Assembly (NCBI GenBank): GCA_044356725.1
Contig: JBIKVS010000009.1
Span: forward strand, 1-43,056
Direction of reading: 5' to 3'
DNA length: 43,056 nt
Origin: Minisyncoccia bacterium
GTDB lineage: Bacteria > Patescibacteriota > Minisyncoccia > SW-4-49-11
In this document: in pieces, positions 8,751-16,730 of the stretch
Layout: each line of letters starts with the position of its first letter
Position numbering within the stretch: the stretch's first letter is position 1
Made by a program: the position numbers and the translations under genes
The notes under the pieces: generated by a model
Told to the model about the DNA's origin: nothing
The model's database searches: none
What the model saw: the letters and a program-made list of their open reading frames with translations, nothing else

Positions 8751-10760
8751 TTATCTAACTATACTATTAACACCTTCTCTTATAGTCCTGTCTACCGTTG
8801 AACCTACTGTATTAGTAATGGTACGAGTAACATTATTGCCTAATCCAGGAATATTGACATTTCCAAGCACTCCGTTTAAGAGGCTTGTAATTTGTTGTCT
8901 GAATACACAAGATAAGCTATTAGTGATATTCTGTAATAATGTATTTTGTAAAGATTGGAAAAATTGGTCAGGATTAAAATTAGAACCTGTCTGATTAACA
9001 AAATTTCTAGGATTTTGGAAATTATTATTTGAGGTTGTATAAGTTACATTATTTCTAGCTGTCCCTGAAAAGGGTGAAGAAACGGTCAAGGAGGTATTAC
9101 TTGTAATGGCTGAGATTGTCTTCGGAGATTCTCCATTTATGGTTATTGTATCTCCAACTTTAAATGTTGTAGTAAAGTTAGTAGCTGTCCCTGTCACAGT
9201 TGTTCCATTGGCTGTTGTAGTAACAGTTCCAGTACCGTTTACAGGAGTGGTAGAGGTACTTCTCGCTCTATCTGATGAATTGATTAGAGGAACAGAAGAT
9301 AAAACATTACTATTTACATTAAACATACCCTGAGTTAAAACTGGTCTTAGAGAGGCATTCAAAATATTATTAGGGATGGCTTCAAAACAGTTTGTACCAG
9401 AAGCAATTATAGCTTGGTCTATTGATGCTCCAACTACCTTATCAGTCAATCCTTTGGTAATCGATCCAGGAGTCACATTTTTTTTGTTAAATGGATCTCT
9501 ATCATTTGGGATAGCGGTAGTTGAGAAAAATCCCCCATTTTGGTCTAATTCAGTTTTTAGCAGATCAGTAGCTAAGTCTGATTTTGCTTTTGCTTGAAAG
9601 GCTACATTCGTTGCTATATCATTAGCATTGTTATTAGTTTGCAGTACCAATAAAGCACATTCAAAGCTAATCTCTCCAGCTTGTGCGGCTGATACATTTC
9701 CACATTTTTCAGTGAAAGTTTCTCGGGGCAATTTGCTTTTATTAGGATCCTTTAAATCTCTAAAATATTGGGCTAATTGTTCGTTCCTTTCTGGGGAAAA
9801 GTTCTGATACCTTCCATAAGTTAGCAAAGCATCTTTATTCACCACTCCAGTTTCTGTACTTAAAGCTCCAGCCTGAATCCCTAACTTTGTTGTATCAAAA
9901 AGATTATTCGGGATTAAATTATCTGTACTGATTTGAGCTCTTAAGGTATCACTAATTGTAGCTATGGTCTGAGCTTTCTGCTTGGCTGCTAAGGGAGCAT
10001 CGATTAGCTCTTTCTGTTGATACAGAGCTAAATCATCTACCACTACAACAGGTAATGGGGTAGGAGATGTTACATTAACAGGTAAAGGTAGAGGATTAAA
10101 AATATCCACAGGTAGGGGAGCAGTTAGTCTACGAGTATCTATAACTCTATTTATATTATTATAACTTTCACAATTATCTCCATTATTAACCCCAAATCCT
10201 ATCAAATCATTAAAATTTGCATTAGGACTGAGTCCATTTAGTAAAGTGTCAGTTATAACCTGGTTAGGATTGATGAATGTATAAGCTGATGGCAAACCAA
10301 ATAATCCACCTCCAGTTCCAACTAAACTTATTCCCCCAACTAAACCAGTTAATCCATTACCCACTAAACCACTTACAGTATCACCTAAGACACTCCCTAA
10401 TAATCCACCTCCTGGACCAACAGCACAACCTGTTTCTCCACGAAAGGGACTAGCTGGAGCTTGTATTGGTCTGGCTTTGACACAAGTAAAAGTTGTAGTT
10501 TTTGATAGTCCTGCAGTGGTATCACTTTCTATTGGAAGAACTCCACGATATTCTTTTTGACATACTTCATCTGAATTACAGGTCTTATCACCACAACTAT
10601 TCCCACTAACATATCCAAAGAGTCTATTCTCATCTACAAAAAATCTCTCAGGAGTAGGAGTATTAGCATAAGAATTATTAGGTAACAAAAATGCACCGAT
10701 TAACATCACCAAGAATAATGTATTGGTTTTATTTAATTTTTGATGTATTGGCTTTTTCAT
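8751..10760 (-). CDS. large secreted protein (Cys pairs, Gly-rich region, tail-fibre-like beta domain)
   Basis: Signal peptide (SYA-N), GGFFS and VTPGS motifs, Thr-rich domain GTGTVTTT...SNTSLTV. Confidence 0.75.
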   Translation of the reverse strand: MKKPIHQKLNKTNTLFLVMLIGAFLLPNNSYANTPTPERFFVDENRLFGYVSGNSCGDKTCNSDEVCQKEYRGVLPIESDTTAGLSKTTTFTCVKARPIQAPASPFRGETGCAVGPGGGLLGSVLGDTVSGLVGNGLTGLVGGISLVGTGGGLFGLPSAYTFINPNQVITDTLLNGLSPNANFNDLIGFGVNNGDNCESYNNINRVIDTRRLTAPLPVDIFNPLPLPVNVTSPTPLPVVVVDDLALYQQKELIDAPLAAKQKAQTIATISDTLRAQISTDNLIPNNLFDTTKLGIQAGALSTETGVVNKDALLTYGRYQNFSPERNEQLAQYFRDLKDPNKSKLPRETFTEKCGNVSAAQAGEISFECALLVLQTNNNANDIATNVAFQAKAKSDLATDLLKTELDQNGGFFSTTAIPNDRDPFNKKNVTPGSITKGLTDKVVGASIDQAIIASGTNCFEAIPNNILNASLRPVLTQGMFNVNSNVLSSVPLINSSDRARSTSTTPVNGTGTVTTTANGTTVTGTATNFTTTFKVGDTITINGESPKTISAITSNTSLTVSSPFSGTARNNVTYTTSNNNFQNPRNFVNQTGSNFNPDQFFQSLQNTLLQNITNSLSCVFRQQITSLLNGVLGNVNIPGLGNNVTRTITNTVGSTVDRTIREGVNSIVR

Positions 10761-10771
10761 TATAGTGAGTA

Positions 10772-11515
10772 TTATCTCTGGTATATTAGATTGTATTTTT
10801 GTCTTAGGATTTGAAGTTCTTGTCTAATAAGAATATCTAATTCTTGTAATAGTGATATACTAATTTTATTATTAACATCTAATTTAAAGGGATCAGAACT
10901 TGCATTGAGTAGTCCCAAAAGAAAGCTATTTTGAATCTGAGCTATACGAATATAATATTTGTTAAGATTCAAAGCGTCAGGAGGTACTTCTAATAAGAAT
11001 AGAGATAAGTATAAATCAGTATTTTTACGAAGAAGAGATTGTATATTTTGAGTTTTACCTTCTAGAGCTTCTTCGGACAGTTGGTTTATATTTGGTTGAA
11101 TATTATTATCTCTAAATATATTATATAAATTAGTTAAATAATTGTCAATTGATTTGTCATTTAATTTATCGGCAGGAATAACATTAATACGATTTTCATA
11201 TAAAGGTGGTAATTCAACTCTATCAATCCCTATATCTTTTACACTTTGTTCTACTACTTCTACAAAGTCTTCTTCTGAAATTAAAGCTTGAGCTAGTACC
11301 TCAGCTCCAGATTTAGTGAAATTAAGTTCAGTCTCTTTGCCATCCTTTACCTGTAAAATCCTAATTGGAGATAAACCCTTATCAACTGTGGATAAGTCTT
11401 TATAAGTGTCTGTCGGTCTTGCAATCATATATATAATTGAAGCTAGGATTATTATAAATAGCAACCCAAATCCCGAGTAGAAGATAAAGTTTTTTGTTAG
11501 TATATACCTTAACAT
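10772..11515 (-). CDS. single-TM hypothetical protein, first gene of the minus-strand operon
   Basis: 247 aa, N-terminal TM, consensus promoter just upstream. Confidence 0.75.
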   Translation of the reverse strand: MLRYILTKNFIFYSGFGLLFIIILASIIYMIARPTDTYKDLSTVDKGLSPIRILQVKDGKETELNFTKSGAEVLAQALISEEDFVEVVEQSVKDIGIDRVELPPLYENRINVIPADKLNDKSIDNYLTNLYNIFRDNNIQPNINQLSEEALEGKTQNIQSLLRKNTDLYLSLFLLEVPPDALNLNKYYIRIAQIQNSFLLGLLNASSDPFKLDVNNKISISLLQELDILIRQELQILRQKYNLIYQR

Positions 11516-11538
11516 TTATATATTTTTAACTTGATATA

Positions 11539-11567
11539 ATTATACTATTAATAATATATATAGTCAA
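11539..11567 (-). promoter_or_regulatory. sigma70 promoter for the T4SS-like operon
   Basis: Minus strand TTGACT (11567-11562), 17 nt, TATAAT (11544-11539); back-to-back with TTGACA at 11581 on the plus strand. Confidence 0.7.
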
Positions 11568-11634
11568 TGAATATTTTTAGTTGACAATTTTATCAAATAT
11601 GATAATCTAATTAATATAGTATAAAAATATAAAT

Positions 11635-12000
11635 ATGATTACAGAAGAATTATTACTTAGTATCTACGCAGTACTTTTATTGGAAGTGGGTTTATTACTA
11701 TTAATCTTAATATTAATCGTACTAGATATCAAGAACACAGTCGATTCTATTAGGCAAGTTATCAATAAATTTGTTAAATTAGGTCATATTACGGTGGATA
11801 CTGCTGAGGATCTGAAATCAAAATTAACTTCTTTATCAGGGTTGACCTCTGTACTCGGTGGACTTCCAACTATTATATCCATAATACAAAATTGGAGCGA
11901 TAGAGCTCAACCGAAAGAAGAGCAAAAAGAAGATGAAAATGATGACTTGGGAGAGGTTTTATCTAAAGTTAGTCCAAAAAAGAGAAAAAGAATTATATAA
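11635..12000 (+). CDS. membrane-anchored coiled-coil protein (DUF948/YtxG-like)
   Basis: N-terminal TM, amphipathic helix, immediately upstream of a YtxH-domain gene. Confidence 0.6.
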   Translation: MITEELLLSIYAVLLLEVGLLLLILILIVLDIKNTVDSIRQVINKFVKLGHITVDTAEDLKSKLTSLSGLTSVLGGLPTIISIIQNWSDRAQPKEEQKEDENDDLGEVLSKVSPKKRKRII

Positions 12001-12014
12001 TTAATTACAAATAT

Positions 12015-12329
12015 ATGAGTACAAAAAATTTATTCAAAGGTTTATTAGCAGGATTAGCTGTAGGAGCAGTTTTGGGAGTTTTATTAGCTCCAAAATCTGG
12101 CAAGCAAGTTAGACAAGATTTGAAAAAAGCATATAAATCTACCAGTAAAGATATTGCTAAAAGAATTAGTAATATTGAAGATATCAGTAAGTCTCAATAT
12201 GAGCAAATTGTAGATGCAGTAGTTAATGAGTATAAAAAATTAGACCCAATTACCAAAGAACAACTAGAATCCCTAAAGTCCATCTTGCAAAATAAATGGT
12301 CTGAAATTGTAGAGAAGAAGACTAAATAA
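12015..12329 (+). CDS. YtxH domain protein
   Basis: GLLAGLAVGAVLGVLLAPKSGKQVR signature. Confidence 0.9.
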   Translation: MSTKNLFKGLLAGLAVGAVLGVLLAPKSGKQVRQDLKKAYKSTSKDIAKRISNIEDISKSQYEQIVDAVVNEYKKLDPITKEQLESLKSILQNKWSEIVEKKTK

Positions 12330-12354
12330 AACTGTCAGCATTAAATGTCACTGA

Positions 12355-12383
12355 TTGACAAAAAATAATAATTATGCTATAAA
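12355..12383 (+). promoter_or_regulatory. sigma70 promoter for the acyltransferase
   Basis: TTGACA, 17 nt, TG-extended TATAAA; the -35 is half of the palindrome TGTCA-CTGAT-TGACA (12346-12360). Confidence 0.65.
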
Positions 12384-12404
12384 TAGTGTATAATTATTTT
12401 TATT

Positions 12405-13022
12405 ATGGCTTATAATATATTGTATTGGCTTACCTTTTGGAAGTTTCATACAATTGTACAAGTTTTTGTAAAGCAGAAGACTATTCTAGGGTTGGAGCTT
12501 TTGCATAATATATCTGGTCCTATTGTAGTTGTATCTAATCATAGGGGGAGATTCGATGGGATTTGGATTTGGTATTATTTTGCTAGGATGAACCGTAAAA
12601 AGCCCGTAGATATGAGAATTGTGACAGGTGAGAGTTTTTTTAAAATTCCAGTTTTAGGCTGGTATCTTAAAAAAATGAGATGTTTCCCAGTAGAAAGGGG
12701 ACAGGGGATAGAGATATTAGATCCTATGGTAGATGTTTTGAGTAAAGGTAAAATTGTGACAATATTCCCAGAAGGTAAAATGCAAAAAAGACCAGATCAT
12801 AGAAGTGAAGCCAAAAGAGGAGTTGGGTATTTGGTTTGGAAGTCTGAAGCTCCGGTACTGCCAATTTATGTTAATTATATTAAAAAGTATAAATATTTGC
12901 CAATTTGGGATATGACATTCAAAGTAGGTCAATTAACTACATATAATATAAAATCAGAAACCCAATTGCAACAATATGCAGATAAAATTTTAGATTCTGT
13001 GTATCAGTTAGCTGAGAAGTAG
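12405..13022 (+). CDS. plsC: lysophospholipid acyltransferase (PlsC family)
   Basis: NHRGRFD (NHxxxxD), FPVERG, IFPEG, APVLPI motifs. Confidence 0.85.
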   Translation: MAYNILYWLTFWKFHTIVQVFVKQKTILGLELLHNISGPIVVVSNHRGRFDGIWIWYYFARMNRKKPVDMRIVTGESFFKIPVLGWYLKKMRCFPVERGQGIEILDPMVDVLSKGKIVTIFPEGKMQKRPDHRSEAKRGVGYLVWKSEAPVLPIYVNYIKKYKYLPIWDMTFKVGQLTTYNIKSETQLQQYADKILDSVYQLAEK

Positions 13023-13090
13023 GGAATATTTATATAATTCGGTCTTATAGGCTTGCTAGATTTAGTTTAAATTTATAATTAGTTCTTTTT

Positions 13091-13252
13091 GTCCTCCTTT
13101 GGAGGAGGTGGCCTATAGGCCGGAGGAGGACACTTGGTAAAATTGCAAAGTAATCCACACCCTCAGGCTAAGCCTGGCCTCAAAAGGGAGACAATAAGCT
13201 AAAATATCCTGTCCCCCTTTTGGAGGGGGAAGTCTGAAAGACTGGGGTGGAT
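13091..13252. repeat. GC-rich palindromic repeat cluster 1 (three double-hairpin modules)
   Basis: GTCCTCCTTTGGAGGAGGTGGCCTATAGGCCGGAGGAGGAC (13091-13131), degenerate inverted copy (13153-13194), GTCCCCCTTTTGGAGGGGGAAGTCTGAAAGACTGGGGTGGAT (13211-13252). Confidence 0.85.
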
Positions 13253-13285
13253 TTAGTTAAAATTTAAGTATATTTGTAAATAATA

Positions 13286-14788
13286 TTAATTTTTAGAACT
13301 TTTAGTAGCTAAATAAATTTCTTTAGCTTGTTTGTATCTAACAATAGCTTCTTGTCTAGCTTGAGGGTGAGGTATAATTGGGGTTAATATAGTATTATAA
13401 TAACTTTCATCTAGCCACTTGTGTTGATATAAGTCCTTATTATCATAATTCTCGGCCTGTAGATAAGGATTAAAAACTCTAATTGGTTTAGGATCAGCTC
13501 CCACCGAAGCTCCCCATTGCCAACCACCATTATTGGATGAATCATCCAAGTCAATCAGACTGGCTCGGAAATATTCTTGTCCCCATCGCCAATCTATACC
13601 TAAATTTTTGGACAGCACACTAGCTACAATCATTCTGGAGCGATTATGCATCCAGCCAGTTTTAGCCAACTGTTGCATCGAAGCATCTACAATTGGATAC
13701 CCGGTTTTCCCAGTCATCCAAGCTATGAATCGCTTATGAGCTTTCTCTCCTTGAGCCCAATCTATGGTATGCCTATATTGAGCTTGAAACTCTATATCTA
13801 ATAAATTTGGCTGATGATAAAGTAAATAGGCATAAAATTCTCGCCAAATTAACTCTGAGATATAAGTCACAGACCCAGTATCAGCCTTACTATCTACTGC
13901 CAACTCTTCTAAACTAAAGTTTAGATATACTTGAATCATATCTTTTAGTTTGCGAGCTGATACAAATCCCCAAGCTAGAGCCAGACTCATACGAGAGGTT
14001 TGTCCATTATCCGATATATCTAACTCCAAGCTATTCCTGTTATGATTATAATTTTCTAACTTACCTGAGATTAGATAATCATTAAATAGATTTAAAGACT
14101 CTTGTTCAGAAGTATACCAGCCAGATAAATCAGGAAGTGAAAAATAATCATCTAAATTATAAATCTTATCACCAATTTGGAATTCTCTTTTAGGGTTAAA
14201 TAAAGATAAGATATTCTCAGGATTTGGATTAACATATTGTAAGGACTCTAATAGGGGAGAGTTAACATAGTTCAGTCCTTCTAAATCAGGTTTAGCTAAA
14301 GGTTGTAATTCTAAAAACTCTCTCCAGACTGACTTCTTAAAAGGAGTGAAAACCGTATAAAGAGAACCATTTTGGCTTCTAGTCTCAGGATTGACACTAA
14401 GCCTATCTTTGAATATGTTTACCACAATCCCAGCCTCTTTAATCTTATTAACTTGAGTGTTAAAATCAGGATAAATATCTTGATTCACAAAAATTTCAAG
14501 ATTATATTTTTGGGCAAGTTCAATAATTGAACCAGCCCCTTTACCGCTAATCAGATGAAAATGAGCGAATTGACTCGTAAATTTAGGAATAGCCTGAGAC
14601 AATAGATATCTTTGAGGATACCCAAATTGAGACTTTGGATTAGCCTCTAGCATATAATCTTCTAGTATAAATAAAGGAGCAAAAAGAGACTCAGATTCTC
14701 TTGCCTTTTTAGTCGCATAAAACAGAGCTAGATTATCCTCTAGTCTTAGATCACGACGAGCCCAATAAATAATTAAATTAGCTTTCAT
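13286..14788 (-). CDS. phrB: deoxyribodipyrimidine photolyase (class I CPD type)
   Basis: RRDLRLEDN, YTVFTPF, TSRMS, ELIWREFY, TGYPIVDASM, GWMHNRSRMIVAS, SNNGGWQW, RVFNP. Confidence 0.92.
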   Translation of the reverse strand: MKANLIIYWARRDLRLEDNLALFYATKKARESESLFAPLFILEDYMLEANPKSQFGYPQRYLLSQAIPKFTSQFAHFHLISGKGAGSIIELAQKYNLEIFVNQDIYPDFNTQVNKIKEAGIVVNIFKDRLSVNPETRSQNGSLYTVFTPFKKSVWREFLELQPLAKPDLEGLNYVNSPLLESLQYVNPNPENILSLFNPKREFQIGDKIYNLDDYFSLPDLSGWYTSEQESLNLFNDYLISGKLENYNHNRNSLELDISDNGQTSRMSLALAWGFVSARKLKDMIQVYLNFSLEELAVDSKADTGSVTYISELIWREFYAYLLYHQPNLLDIEFQAQYRHTIDWAQGEKAHKRFIAWMTGKTGYPIVDASMQQLAKTGWMHNRSRMIVASVLSKNLGIDWRWGQEYFRASLIDLDDSSNNGGWQWGASVGADPKPIRVFNPYLQAENYDNKDLYQHKWLDESYYNTILTPIIPHPQARQEAIVRYKQAKEIYLATKSSKN

Positions 14789-14837
14789 ATAGTTTATTAT
14801 AACATAGATTGAGTTATTTATAGATTTTTTGTATAAA

Positions 14838-15228
14838 AATTATGAATTGTTAATTTCTTAGAGTCGGTGCCCTCGCCGACATTGCTTGTCTGTAGGGGCG
14901 ACCTTTCAGTCGCCTGAAGTCCTCCTCCGTCACCTACGGTGCCACCTCCCCCAAGGGAGGATAATTTTGTCGAGTTTTCTGTCTCCCTTCCATCCCTACG
15001 GGAGGCAAGTGGAGGGAGTCCCCGTAAAAAGGCTTTAGCCTTTGGGAAAGGGGTCGGGAAAACGGGAGTTTTCCCGTGGAGGAAGGTTGGGAAACCGTGA
15101 GGTTTAACAGGAGCAAATCTTATTTGCGACGGGGGAGGGTGGATTGCTCTATGTCCTCCCTTGGGGGAGGTGCCCGAAGGGCGGAGGAGGACAGGAGTAA
15201 ATCCCATTTGCGACGGCGGAGAGTAGAC
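14838..15228. repeat. composite repeat cluster 2 (heptamer tract, GTAG-headed REP, modules with nested inserts)
   Basis: AATTATGAATTGTTAATTT 14838-14856; GTAGGGGCGACCTTTCAGTCGCCT 14892-14915; modules at 14919-14962, 14981-15143, 15153-15192; 14891-15143 is an inverted near-copy of 34751-35005. Confidence 0.9.
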
Positions 15229-15248
15229 AGTTATATTCATTCTCAATC

Positions 15249-15539
15249 CTAAGATTTTTTCTTACTAAACCATTTTTGGGTGTTAGGATTGCGATGTGGA
15301 CATCCAGGCCAACAGCAGGGAATTTTCTCTCCCAATTCTAATTCTTCCAACATTCTCGATATATGTTTAAGTCTTGTTTCTTCTCTTTTGACAATAGTCA
15401 CCCAACAAATCCATTCATTTCTTTGAATTGGAGTTAAATTATTCCATTTTTCTAATATTTTGTGATTATTTAGTAAAACCTCCTGCATATCTGAGGGAAT
15501 AGGATGCAATATGCCTGATAGAATTGTTTGATCTTGCAT
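15249..15539 (-). CDS. YdeI/OmpD-associated family protein
   Basis: IPSDMQEVL...WNNLTPIQRNEWICWVTIVKREETRLKHI...LELG pattern; C-terminal CCWPGCPHR. Confidence 0.85.
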   Translation of the reverse strand: MQDQTILSGILHPIPSDMQEVLLNNHKILEKWNNLTPIQRNEWICWVTIVKREETRLKHISRMLEELELGEKIPCCWPGCPHRNPNTQKWFSKKKS

Positions 15540-15602
15540 AGTAATTGATAATATGTATATAAATTATTATACAAAATATTAAGGTTTTTGTGAAATTGTA
15601 TT

Positions 15603-15947
15603 AATTATGAATTGTGAATTTCGTAGCGGAGCCGTCCCTACGGGAGGTAAACGTTTATCCCTCCATATCGTAGGGATACCTTTCAGTATCTTATGATCCC
15701 CCCCGCCTTTCAGGCTTCCCCCTCCGAAGGGGGGCAAAATAAGAAATGTCCTAATTTGGAGGTAGGTGACGGAGGGGAACAGAATTCAGAATTTATTTTT
15801 CCACCCCGTCCAGCGGAGCTGTCCACCCCCTCCTAAACTTAGAAGTATAGGAGGGACGAAAGCCCTCAATTTATCTCACGTAGGGAGAGAGGGGAATTTT
15901 TAGGGCAGTCCTCCTCCGCCCTACGGGCACCTCCCCCAAGGGAGGAC
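15603..15947. repeat. composite repeat cluster 3
   Basis: AATTATGAATTGTGAATTT 15603-15621; REP variant GTAGGGATACCTTTCAGTATCTT 15670-15692; modules at 15696-15735, about 15748-15780, 15800-15896, 15908-15947. Confidence 0.85.
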
Positions 15948-16008
15948 AATTTTTTGATATAAGAAAAAATCCCCGCTGCGAGGTGCATTGGGGGTGTGGG
16001 GGTTTAGG

Positions 16009-16569
16009 TCAGAGAATACGAGCTCCCCATTTTCTGTCTTGTTCTCTGAGGAGAGATGCATAGTCTGGTTCTGTTAACTTATATTTTCGTAACGCTCCCT
16101 CTTCGTTAGTATATATTATGTAGTCAGGGGCTTTGTTATTGATAGCTAAATGTTATTCTAGAACTAAATTGTTTTGTGGTTTTATTACTGCTGCAATGTA
16201 TAATGTCCAGCCTGAATGAGTTGTTGTTTTTTCCATCTGATATATTAATTCCCCCTCAAATCCATAAGGGTTGTCAACCTTTAATGTATGGCCTCGTTCT
16301 GCTTGTATTTTACCAATTAAAAGTATAGAGTTATCTACATGTCTTTGGGGTTCGACTATTCTTAAAATTTTAGAAGCACGATACTGCTCTAAACTAAAGC
16401 AATTTATATTGAATATGCCATTCTCTGATTTGGTAAGGATAACTTTTGTATCTATTGGAATGACAAACTCTTCATTTTCAACAAGCAATACAAGTCTATT
16501 GAATCCATTATCTTTTCTTATTTCAACTCCAGATTCCTCAAAAGTTTCTTGGGTTGTTCGGAGCTTCAT
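16009..16569 (-). pseudogene. hypothetical protein, probably interrupted by an in-frame TAA at 16153-16155
   Basis: The 138 aa ORF continues in frame after TAA for 47 codons (HLAINNKAPDY...RKWGARIL) to TGA 16009-16011, followed by a weak hairpin and T run. Confidence 0.55.
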
Positions 16570-16730
16570 TGATTTTTAAAATGAGCTTGAACTCTCTTTG
16601 TCAGGGAGTTCTGGCAAGGTTGAGTGTAGCGTATTGAAAAAGATGAGAAACATCATAGACATATTTGAAAATTTTTGGCAATTGTGCTATAATATTAGAT
16701 AGGGTATTGTTATATATTGCTATCTAAAAT

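Noticed and set aside
14818-15246. ORFs of 142 aa and 60 aa (14934-15116) over repeat cluster 2
   Set aside because: They lie within GC-rich palindromic repeats, which lack stop codons; Pro/Gly-rich translation with no protein motif
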